Source: Nemertoderma westbladi
Lineage: Eukaryota; Animalia; Xenacoelomorpha
DNA: 64,000 nt
Assembly: GCA_032718475.1 (NCBI GenBank)
Contig: JAUCBJ010002182.1
Location: 19,220-83,219 of the forward strand
Direction of reading: 5' to 3'
Shown here: in pieces, positions 51,601 to 63,000 of the stretch
How the letters are laid out: each line of letters opens with the position of its first letter
Numbering within the stretch: the stretch's first letter is position 1
Position numbers and translations under genes: made by a program
The notes under the pieces: model-generated
What the model saw: the letters and a program-made list of their open reading frames with translations, nothing else
What the model was told of the DNA's origin: nothing
Databases searched by the model: none

Positions 51601-52078
51601 TAGTCGGCGTTCGCTTGCTGCCGAATTAAAGTGAGTTTAACTAGTCGGCGTTTGCTAGCTGCCGAATTAAAGTAAGGTTATCTAGTCGGCGTTCGCTAGC
51701 TGCCGAATTAAAGTAAGGTTAACTAGTCGGCGTTCGCTTGCTGCCGAATTAAAGTGAGTTTAACTAGTCGGCGTTCGCTAGCTGCCGAATTAAAGTGAGT
51801 TTAACTAGTCGGCGTTCTCTAGCTGCCGAATTAAAGTGGGTTTAACAAGTCGGCGTTCGCTAGCTGCCGAATTAAAGTAAGGTTAACTAGTCGGCGTTCG
51901 CTTGCTGCCGAATTAAAGTGAGTTTAACTAGTCGGCGTTCGCTAGCTGCCGAATTAAAGTGAGTTTAACTAGTCGGCGTTCGCTAGCTGCCGAATTCAAG
52001 TGAGTTTAACTAGTCGGCGTTCGCTTGCTGCCAAATTAAAGTACGGTTAACTAGTTGGCGTTCGCTAGCTGCCGAAGT
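48602..52078 (+). repeat. 41-bp donor-derived tandem repeat (right block, about 85 copies)
   Basis: Same unit as 43811-45648. Confidence 0.96.
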
Positions 52079-52404
52079 TAGATAATACTAGTCTTATAAT
52101 TTAACATGCGCGAAATCGCTCACAGGTCCACCGCGTCTACTAACGCATGAACTGTCTTCTTGAATGTCTTTCTACCAATCTTACTACCAAAAAAATTCGC
52201 CGGAAAGTGGGATTGAACTCCGTACCTAGAGATTCCAAATCCAATGCTCTACTTACTTTGACACTGCGCCGTATGAAGCCTTAAAAATCTAAAACCTAAC
52301 TGGAACAACAACAACGGAGTGAATACTAGAGGTCCCGCTACGCGGACCTAAAAAAAAATATATTTTTGTTGGTATGAAATATTTACTTTGTTTCCCTTAC
52401 TTAG

Positions 52405-52597
52405 TATGTCCGAACTGGGTAAAGAATTGAGTTCATTGACCTCGGGCATCCGTGATTGCCAGAAGGAGTTGGAGGTCTACCAAAACCGGGCTCCAATATC
52501 TGGGGATAAGTTCATTCCGGTTATGGCGGGTTTCCTTACCGTTGCCACGGTCACATGTACTGAACTGGAGGAACTCTCACGCGACGCAAAGGACAAG
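52405..52597 (+). CDS. DAAM: DAAM-type formin exon (FH2 C-terminal part)
   Basis: Boundaries cttacttag|T ... AAG|gtatgt. Encodes MSELGKELSSLTSGIRDCQKELEVYQ...GDKFIPVMAGFLTVA...AKDK. Phase matches the previous exon. Confidence 0.92.
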
Positions 52598-52747
52598 GTA
52601 TGTAATTTTCGCGTTTTTAATTGTCTTATTATTTCACATTATGGCCTGGTGAAGGCGGCACCGATAGTTTCTGTACGAGACCATTCGTAAATGATGTTAC
52701 GGTGTTTCCGGCGCCCTTTGACACCTCCCCTCCCTGTATTCTTTCTG

Positions 52748-52830
52748 AACAGATCCATTTGAAGTATTATGGGGAGTCCTCCAAGGAGACACACTTGCGC
52801 CATTCTTGTTCATAATTGTGGTTGACTATG
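52748..52830 (+). mobile_element. Tiny RTE-like reverse transcriptase fragment
   Basis: Manual translation DPFEVLWGVLQGDTLAPFLFIIVVDY matches the motif in the RTE copy at about 8860. Confidence 0.7.
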
Positions 52831-53182
52831 ACTTGTGGTGGACGTCCGAAGATGTCCTTATTTCGTCCATCCAAAGCCATTTTAGTATATTTACGTTTGG
52901 CTTTTAAGGGACACGATTATATACAACATAGGCTTTAGAGGGACATTTTTGGCTTTTGAGGGACATGTCCTCTGGAAGCCATGGTGGCTCTTTGGGGGAC
53001 ACAGTAAGGATTGCATTTGGCGATACATGGCTCTTGGGGTACATATGTCCTAGCGAAGCCACTTACAATGGAACCCATGTTTGGTTTGTATTGAATTGCT
53101 TATCATTTTCTTATTAAATTGTCTCTTGCTTGTTAATTAATAACGTTTTCAGTGTTATTTTGTTTTAATTAATATGATTGGA

Positions 53183-53960
53183 TGGGTGCTGATTTCATTT
53201 CTGATATCAGTTTTCACGTTTACAAAAATGTACTCTGTCTGTCGGTCTTTGTGTCAGTCAGTCTGTCAAAACTTAAAAAAAAAAGAATACAAACTAACTA
53301 ACATTCTCGGTATGTGGGTTTTAAGGGGTGCTGATTTCATTTCTGATGTCCGTTTTCACGTTTACATAAATGTAGTTTGTCTGTCGGTCTGTCGGTCTTT
53401 GTGTCAGTCAGTCTGTCAACACTTAAAAAAGAATACAAACTAACTAACATTCTCGCTATGGGGGTTTTAAGGGGTGCTGATTTCATTTCTGATATCAGTT
53501 TTCACGTTTACAAAAATGTACTCTGTCTGTCGGTCTTTGTGTCAGTCAGTCTGTCAAAACTTAAAAAAGAATACAAACTAACTAACATTCTCGCTATGGG
53601 GGTTTTAAGGGGTGCTGATTTCATTTCTGATGTCCGTTTTCACGTTTACATAAATCTAGTCGTCTGTCGGTCTGACGGTCTTTGTGTCAGTCAGTCTGTC
53701 AAAACTTAAAAAATAATACAAACTAACTAACATTCTCGGTAGGGGGGTTTTAAGGGATGCTGATTACATTTCTGATGTCAGTTTTCACGTTTACATAAAA
53801 GTACTCTATCTGTCGGTCTTTGTGTCAGTCAATCTGTCAAAACTTAAAAAAAAATACAAACTAACTAACATTCTCGCTATGGGGGTTTTAAGGGGTGCTG
53901 ATTTCATTTCTGATGTCAGTTTTCACGTTGACATAAATCTAGTCTGTCTGTCTGTCGGTT
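53183..53960. repeat. Tandem repeat of about 140-150 bp, about 5.5 copies
   Basis: GGGTGCTGATTTCATTTCTGAT...GTCTGTCAAAACTTAAAAAA...AACATTCTCG repeated. Confidence 0.85.
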
Positions 53961-54874
53961 TGTGACCCATGATGCATACGCCTGCATCATAGCCCATATA
54001 GTGGTGACGCATACGCCTGCGTCATAGGTGCGAAAGGGTTTATGCATATTCTGGTTTAGAGGGTTAGAAAAATATATTTTTTTGGTAACTGATTGTTCAA
54101 TATAACTACTCTAAGCACAGATAGTAAGTATGGGAAAAAAGAGAAGCATTGAAGTTTCAAGCACAAAATTCCGAATTTTAGTGAAACCCGAATTACCCCA
54201 TTTTTGCTGCACTGTTCAATACAATGTGATGTGTCCAATGCGCAGCCATACATTATACAAGTTTATAAATCGTGCTATTCGAAAATATCAAACTTATTAA
54301 ACACTGTCTTTTTCTACTCAAAAGTCATATTTATAATCGTGTCCCTAAAAAGCCACTTTTTTGTTCGAAAAATCGAAAATACAAATTTTAGTAAATTTAT
54401 ATTTTTTGAATAGCTGTAACAACAAATTAACAACTTTAAATGTTCAATATAGTAAGTATGGCAAAAATTAGAAACATTTAAACAGTTTCAAGCGCAAAAA
54501 ATGAAATTATGTATACGTGAAAATCCATTATTCTTGATAATCCTAGAAAGTTCCCCAAATGCTATGAAATATGTACAGTACTGTTATGTTTGTCATGATA
54601 ACGAAAGATATATTAGAAAAAAAATTAACGTTCCTGGAACAAAATTTATCACATATTTTAGATCTATCTATTAATATTTGATTCCAATATCTGAAATTTC
54701 AAGATTCGTCTTTTAAAAAATGATATATATTTTTGGCTCTATAGGGACATTGGATATACATCTTTTGAGGTCCAGAAATGCCACTGCTCCCCTTGGGTTA
54801 TATTATGTTATAAATACTTTTGAAAATATAACATGCAAAATATATCTTTTTTTCTATTGGGTGAAACTCGATGT

Positions 54875-57033
54875 AACAAAAACAAATGGGTAGAAAATAT
54901 AGTTAATATTTGAATTCCATTGTAGTTTTTAATGTAATATTGCGTAATTTAATGTTATAGCATTTTCGAACATGACGCAATATTGAAGGCTCGTCAGGTA
55001 TGGCGTCTGATTTGAGCCAAAATACCTTAGAATTATAAATGTGTACCTTACATTTTTCATTAGCTTATATTTATAAGCATCGCTTAAAAGTATGGTATTT
55101 TATTGCATTTGAATTTATACATCGCTTAAAAGTAAGCTATGTTTTATGTAGTAGACTTTAATAAATCGCTTAAAAGTAAGGTATTTTTTACAAGTTCTGT
55201 TAAAACATCGCTTAAAAGTAAGCTATGTTTATGTAATTTACTGTAATAAATCGCTTTAAATAAGGTATTAATTGCAGTTCTGTTCCAACATTGCTTAAAA
55301 TGAAGTGTGTTTATGCAGTAATATAGTTTAAAGTAAGCGATGTTTTTACAGTGTCGTATAAACATAGTTTAAAGTAAGCGATGTTTTTACAGTGTCGTTT
55401 AAACATAGTTTAAAGTAAGCGATGTTTTTACAGTGTCGTTTAAACATAGTTTAAAGTAAGCGATGTTTTTACAGTGTCGTTTAAACATAGTTTAAAGTAA
55501 GCTATGTTTTTGCAGTATTTTGTCCAATCAAATGCGTTGTTGACAATATCTGCAATTAGTAAATAGATCACGAGAGGGCGCTGTTGAGCAATTGTTGTAT
55601 TCCAGTATTCGATCAGCAAAATCGAATTTCTGATATGTAGGGTACACGGTACGGACAGTACGGTTAACAGTATAGTTACAGAGTACTGCAGTAGCCAGTA
55701 GGTATGTCATCTGAAAATTTCATCTTTGAAATTGAGAGCCTAATACGGAGGTGCCAACAAATTGCAGATGATACATATAAGCAGCAGCTACTTTGATGCC
55801 GAGCAATATGTAAACTTAATAACCAATGCAGCCATTCACGGAGGCTTCGATTTAAATCAATTATTCCAGAATTATGTGTTGTACTGGTATCGGCGGCGCT
55901 AGGGCTATTACCTGTATTCCCATCCTCTATTACGCGATCCAGTACATCAATCTTATATTGAAAAATACGTGTTAAATATTCTATTATATTTAAGTTTGAA
56001 AATGTCTCATCTTCTGAAATTTGTTGGCACCTCCGTATTAGGCTCTCAATTTCCGAGATGAAATTTTCGGATGCCATACCTACTGCAGTGTAACTACTGT
56101 ATACTGTTAACCGTACTGTCTGTACCGTGTACCCTACATATCAGAAATTCGATTTTGCTGATCGAATAGAATACTGGAATACAACAATTGCTCAACAGCG
56201 CCCTCTTGTGATCTATTTACTAATTGCAGATATTGTCAAAAACGCATTTGATTGGACAAAACACTGCAAAAACATAGCTTACTTTAAACTATGTTTAAAT
56301 GACACTGTAAAAACATCGCTTACTTTAAACATGTTTAAACGACACTGTCAAAAACATCGCTTACTTTAAACTATATTACTGCATAAACACATACTTCATT
56401 TTAAGCAATGTTGGAACAGAACTGCAATTAAATACCTTATTTAAAGCTATTTATTACAGTCAACTACATAAACAGCTTACTTTTAAGCGATGTTTTAACA
56501 GAACTTGTAAAAAATACCTTACTTTTAAGCGATTTATTAAAGTCAATTACATAAACATAGCTTACTTTTAAGCGATGTATAAATTCAAATGCAATAAAAT
56601 ACCATACTTTTAAGCGATTTTAAAGGCAATTGCAAAAAATTTGCTTACTTATAAGCGATTTTCAAGGCAAATACAAAAAACATAGCTTACTTTTAAGCGA
56701 TGTTTTAAGAGAACTTGTAAAAAATACCTTACTTTTAAGCGATTTATTAAAGTCAACTTCATAAAACATAGCTTACCTTTAAGCGATGTATAAATTCAAA
56801 TGCAATAAAATACCATACTTTTAAGCGATGCTTATAAATATAAGCTAATGAAAAATGTAAGGTACACATTTGTAATTCTAAGGTATTTTGGCTCAAATCA
56901 GACGCCATACCTGACGAGCCTTCAATATTGCGTCATGTTCGAAAATGCTATAACATTAAATTACGCAATATTACATTAAAAACTGCAATGGAATTCCAAT
57001 ATTAACTATATTTTCTACCCATTTGTTTTTGTT
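54875..57033. mobile_element. Foldback-type element with inverted arms of about 0.9-1 kb, internal subrepeats and a ~230-bp spacer
   Basis: 54875 to about 55775 is the near reverse complement of about 56002-57033 (e.g. AACAAAAACAAATGGGTAGAAAAT / ATTTTCTACCCATTTGTTTTTGTT). Confidence 0.88.
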
Positions 57034-58712
57034 CTGGCCGTTAACATCTCTGTCCATGTCTATGTCCTCGTCCCGCCTGGGCATCGTCACTCCGAATACT
57101 ACCCGTGGTGCCGTTCCCGGGTGCTCGCCCAACCTGATGGTGCTCCCCGCGAAATCCAATGCCGGGTCCTCAATGCACCCAGGCCCGCTTGCCGGGTTTA
57201 TCCCAGAAGGCCCTCGCCCCGCTGGCCGTCACCACTCTCCCGCCGACCCAGTCCGTATCTGAGTGGCCGATTCTCCCGATGGGCGGCATCTCTCTGAACT
57301 CGTTGTCATCCTCGTCCTCCGCTGGGAGTGGCTCCAAACCCGGTATCCCGGTAGATCCACTGTGTCCCTTCCCACCTTGGCTCTCGCCCGTGACATTCCA
57401 TCCTTCCAGTTCCCCTGGCCTTCTCTTCGCGAAATCGCCCTCGGCGCCCGCTTGCATGGGCGTCGCCTGCAATCCCGATGTCGACTGTTTCGGCGATCCT
57501 TCCGTCCACCCCAACTCTCGCCCCAGAGACTCGCCCGAGCTCCCTGATGTCCATTGTAAATCGTCCAAGGCCTGGGCCTCGAACCCGTAGCCCTCTCCTC
57601 TAGCTTTTGCCTTTCTTTCGTCTGCCTCCCTCCTTTCTCGTCTAGCGATTTTTTCCAATCGCTTCTCCTCTTGTCTATCCGCCTCTAGCTTCTCCCACCT
57701 CTGATATGGTGTATCCACCTCCCTGTCTACTAGATATCGGCAGTTGTAGTATACCGACTCGCCCTTCAGCCACGGGTGGTCTACCAGACCCTCGAAAGCC
57801 ACTTTGAAGGCTCTTCTGTAGTTCAGGGGTGATCCCAATAGCAGAAATGCCGTTGGTTCTCTTCTGATATATCTTTATCGCTCCTCTCCGGAATTGATAC
57901 ACCTCCTGTTTCCCTGGCCTCGCTCCCCACTTCAGCGAGTTCGCCAACTCCACTCCATACTCCTCCCTGAATTTACCCCAGTCCATTGGCTTGTGGCAGA
58001 CAAGTCCCATTAGCTGGCCCATCGCCACCGCTCCACAATGGCCCGTGTTCTCTACTAGCCCCAACCCGGCTGGCCCTGTCATAGCCATGTAGACCGTTTG
58101 CATGTCCAGGAGGTTGGGGGTCTCCGGACCGATGATCCTCTCCGCATCGTCGCGGATCGCCGATCCCACCTTTATCGTCGACTTCTCCCTTACTACATTC
58201 TGCACCGCCCTTGGCAACCGGTTCAACTTGGGCCCGCTCTTTTTCCCATACGTTCCCAGATCGAACAGGAATATGTCCCCATTTGGCGCAGCCAAATGCA
58301 GAAGTATGGTTCTGGCCGACCCTCTCCTCGAACCCTCCTCGTCTTCCACGGTCCCTTCGTCGTCTAGGACCATGTATCCTCCCCTGCTGACGGACTCTAC
58401 AAACCTCTTCCAATCCTTTCTCGGTGGTTCCCTCGGATACTTCGGTATCCCGAACTTCGCCTCGTCTCCCTTCACCACGTAGTGGAAATGGTCGAGGATT
58501 GCGTTGTCTAGCGACGCCGTCCCGTAGGTCCCGACCAGCCGCCTCTCGTGCACCTCCCTGAAATAGTCCTGCAGCGCTCGCGCCTTGTGACCCTTCTCTA
58601 ACTGCTCGTAGTATCCCCTCGTCTTCTCCTCCGGATGCCTCTCGGTGAAATCTACTAGTATCTCCTTTCCGCCCATTTCCGCCTTTCTCTTTCTAACAAG
58701 TTTCTCCGCCAT
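57034..58712 (-). pseudogene. Extra ORF downstream of BEL/Pao pol: DEDDy 3'-5' exonuclease-like domain plus charged low-complexity C-terminus; frameshifted and truncated
   Basis: ORF 57675-58712 contains YMVLDDEG (ExoI DxE), LLHLAA..GDIFLFDL, LP..V.....STIKVGSAIRDD (ExoII) and LLDMQ. It continues in shifted frames 57170-57838 and 57034-57159. Confidence 0.65.
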
Positions 58713-59227
58713 TTCGAACGCTCTCTATCGCTCACCTATAAGGCCCAATAAGACACAAAGGCTCAATATAAGTAAGTGATGTAGTTAGGATGGTCTGTAC
58801 AACCTGATTTGATGTTGACCTATAAGACCCTATAAGACACCAAGGCTCAATATAAGTGAGTGATGTAGTTAGGATGGTCTGTATGGTCCGATAATGGCCT
58901 ATCTCTCTCAGAACGCTTGGTTATCTGTTATATTTTCCCTATTTTACCCCTTAAAGTACTAAATTTCCTAAATTCCCTAAATTTGTCAGTTACTTTTATT
59001 ATCTTCTAGAATATTTAATCTACTGTTGCTATAATTTGTCGAATTTTTATTTTTATTTTTTTGATATTAATTTTTAATTCTACAACTGTGCTATTAATAC
59101 CTATAATGGATTATTTATTTTTAATAACCCCTATTCTGACCTACTCTACGGGCTGTGCGGTACAGTAGTATGTCTCGTGCAGCCTACACGATCTGTGCTG
59201 CTGTACCCACGTGCCCCCCTCTCACTT

Positions 59228-59885
59228 CTCACTACTAACCTTACTAACTCTCTAACTCTACTAACTCTTACTAACACTCTAACTAACTCCTACTAACTCT
59301 TACTAACACTACTAACTCTTACTAACACTCTAACCAACTCCTCTAACGGTACTATGTACCCTCTTAATACTAACTAACTCCTCTAATGGTACTACATGTA
59401 CCCTCTTACTACTAACTAACTCCTCTAACGGTACTACATACCCTCTTACTACTAACTCCTCTAACGGTACTACGTACCCTCTTACTACTAACTCCTCTAC
59501 TAACGGTACTGTGTACCCTCTTACTACTAACTTAACGGTACTATGTACCCTCTTACTACTAACTCCTCTAACGGTACTACGTACCCTCTTACTACTAACT
59601 CCTCTACTAACGGTACTACATGTACCCTCTTACTACTAACTCTCCTACTAACGGTACTACACATACCCTCTTACTACTAACTCTTCTAATGGTACTACGT
59701 ACCCTCTTACTACTAACTCCTCTACTAACGGTACTACACATACCCTCTTACTAATGGTACTACACGTATCCTCTTACTACTAACTCTCCTAACGGTACTA
59801 CGTACCCTCTTACTACTCTTACTAACACTCTAACTATCTTCTATCTGCCTACTTACTTACTACTACTACTATGTACTATTACTTT
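59228..59885. repeat. Degenerate ~36-bp repeat (ACTACTAACTCCTCTAACGGTACTACGTACCCTCTT) between pol and the extra ORF
   Basis: Directly visible. Confidence 0.85.
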
Positions 59886-60001
59886 CCTTTCTCTTACTCT
59901 CTTTCTATTATTTATTATTTTTATTATTTTATGTTTTGTGTGGGAAGGGCGTCTCGCCCTTAATCCCACCCCCCTCAGTCCAACACTTGGACGACTAAAC
60001 T

Positions 60002-63000
60002 CTATGGTGCCCCTTCTAGCAGGCAACATTTACCTACAGCCCTCCTGTAGGTCTTCCTGTCTTTCGCTCCTATCTTACCCCCTATCCGCACTTCCACCGA
60101 TCGGACTCTTCCGTCCTCTTCGGAGTAAGTGTCTACTACTCTTGCTAGCCTCCACTGATTGTTGATGATGGTGTCGTCCGTGACGATCACCAATTCACCC
60201 TTCTTTAACTCTCTAGTGGTATTTCTCCACTTGCTCCTCCTATGTAATGTGGGTAGGTATTCCTCGACCCACCTCCTCCAGTACTCTGCGCTTATCGCCT
60301 TAGCGACTTTCCAGTGATTCTGGGTCGTCATTTTCTGGATATAACGGTCTGCTATTGATGATACCCTCGCACTTAGCTAGCACCGTCCTTAGTATATCTT
60401 CTGTCACCATGTGGGTGTTCATCAACTTCGTCATTAGACGCTTGGAACTACCCACGAGTCTCTCGACGCATCCTAAAGTATGCGGAGCATACGGTATCCT
60501 CCTCTCCCACTTCACCTGTCGTCTCCTCATGGCTGCCCTGACTTCCTCTCCTTCCAGGATGTCCAAGGCCTCCGCCAGCTCGTTCTCCGCCCCCACAAAG
60601 TTGGTTCCATTGTCGGTGTAGATCACTGCGATCATCCCACCTTTACAGTCTCTGAACCTCTCTAGGGCATTGATGAATGCCGATGCGGTTGCGTCTTGGG
60701 CGAGTTCTATTCCTACCGCCCTCGTGTTGTTACATACGAAGATGATGCCGTAGCGTTTCTCCGTGTGTCGCATCACCCTGATCTTTATCGGCCCGAACAT
60801 ATCTACACCGCAGTGCGTGAATGGCGGGTCATGCTGTCTCACCCTGCTGGCCGGTAATGGCGCCATCTCCTGTACGGCCCGCTCCTTTCTCGTCCGTCGG
60901 CAGGTCTGGCACTGCCCCACTACCGCCTTCACCTTCTTTCTTAGCTGCGTGATCCAGAAGGTCCTCCGTATCTCCATGAGGGTCTGGTTGGTGCCCCCGT
61001 GCAATATCGACTTGTGGGAGTCCCAAATGATCTGGTGGACTATCGGCGATTTGTTTGGGATGATAATGGGTTTTGGTGGGATGATGAGGCTGTTGTTATT
61101 TAGCACTCTGGAGTTCATCACTAGAATCCCATCATCATTGAGTTGTGGCGACAGCGCGATGAGCTCGCTGTCCCGACGAAGATGTTGTTGTTTGCCGACG
61201 CGTTCCACTTCGTCGCCGTAGTTCTTTCTCTGTTCATACCGAATCACGGCCTTGGCCGCTCCCTCCAGATCGATGTTTGGTTTCCTCTTGGCGTCCTTGC
61301 CAACTCCCTTGAGGAAATCCCCGAAGGCCCTCCAGTACGCTACCAACTTCTTGGTCTTGTACCAGCTTGAGCTGTAGCTGAGGAGCTTATCCGTCGGGTT
61401 GTCGCATGGTTCTTCTAATTTTGGTTGCACCTCCCTGATCTCCCTCGCCATCTGACTATATATCTCTTCACCTTCTGAGTCTTCTCCCTCTTCCTCTGGT
61501 GCTACTTCCTCTGAGCCCGGGTCCACCTTCTTCATTGGTGGCCAGGCCGTCCTATCGTTCAGGAACTGTGGCCCGTGCTGCCACAATACTTCCTTCTTTA
61601 AGAAAGTGTGGTGTGCCACGCCCCTCGATAACAAGTCTGCTGGGTTCTCGTCCGTTGGGCAGTAGTGCCACCTTTCCAACTCTGTCGTCGCCCTTATTTC
61701 GTCCACCCTATTTGCGACGAATATAGGGTATCTCGTCTTCTCATTGTGCAGCCAACCAAGCACTACCATGGAGTCCGTCCAGTAGTGTGTTTCCACTATG
61801 TTGGGAATAGTGTCCATCAAGTAGGCTGTGGCCCTTACTCCTAATCTTGCAGCTGTCAACTCGAGTTTCGGGACCGATGCTGAATCTGGCGGCGTCGACT
61901 TTGCTTTGCTGAATGCAAGTCTGGGCTTATGAGCCCCCTCTCGTTGTACTAGGTAGAGTGCCGCTCCGTATGCTTCCAATGATGCATCGGAGAACATGTG
62001 TAGATCCAGATCCGTCATGTCCCCATCCGGGAAATACACGCGTGGCATGCTGTACGTCCCCATCTGTTCTAAACTCTCCGTCCACTTACTCCACTACTTG
62101 CTGATTTCTTCCGGGACCTCTGTATCCCACTCGTCCTTTAGCTTATATACTTTCTTAAGTATCTGTTTCCCCGTGACTAACAGTGGGGATGCTAGGCCTA
62201 GGGGATCGTATATCCTTGCTATGTACGATACATAGCCCCTCTTTGTGTGGATGTCCGCGCCCTCCTGGCTCAGTTGATACTTGAACTCGTCTGTCTCCCG
62301 GTTCCACACGATCCCCAGTGCCTTCTGCTGAGACTCTACTCTCTTGTTCGCCATGTCCTGTCCCTTGGCTGTTGTGGGGTTATCCATGGTCGACTCTGGC
62401 CGTCTGTCCTCTATGGCTTTCATAAACTCCTCTGAGCTGGATTGGAACTTGGTCAGGTTAAACCCGGATCCCTTCAGGATGTCGCGAACCTCGCGCCCTG
62501 TATCCAGTAGTTCTTTAACCGTGTTTCCAGACTCCATTCCGTCGTCTACATAGAAGCCGCGTCGAATCATATCGACCGCTTTGGCGCTATACTTCTCCTC
62601 TTTCCCCTCTACTGTATCTCTTACAGCCACAGTCGTCGTAAATGAGGACGACTTGGCCCCCATGTTCTGCACCACCATCTTGTACATCGGTATTGTCGAC
62701 GGTTCCTCGTCGCCGTTGTACCATAGGAAGCGCTGGCTGTCACTATCCTCCTCCGTCACACGGACTTGGTTGAACATGCCTTCAATATCGCAGGTGAAGG
62801 CGTGCCTCCCATTTCTAAATCTCAGTAGGACCTCGATTCCCGAGTTATAGATATTGGGGCCCTCCAGCAGATAGTCGTTTAGGCACTTGCCGTTGGTTTT
62901 AGCCGATGCGTCAACTACCATCCGCAATTTACCTTTCTTTGGATCTAGAGCCACGTGAAGTGGCAGGTAGTAGGTCCTGTCCGTGTTCGGTTCGTCGACC

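Noticed and set aside
1-52078. Repeat arrays as CRISPR arrays
   Set aside because: Head-to-tail units without unique spacers, no cas genes, and a eukaryotic intronic context.
52753-52815. Apparent next formin exon (cag|IHLKYYGE...)
   Set aside because: It stops quickly, and another frame gives a clear RTE RT motif (GVLQGDTLAPFLF).
53960-54070. piggyBac-like terminus (...CGAAAGGGTT)
   Set aside because: No matching opposite terminus or TTAA target-site duplication was found.
59955-59980. Polypurine tract and start of a 3' LTR right after the integrase
   Set aside because: A G-run is present (GAGGGGGGTGGG on the minus strand), but no TGT...ACA LTR can be delimited and the 5' LTR lies outside the window; left uncalled.
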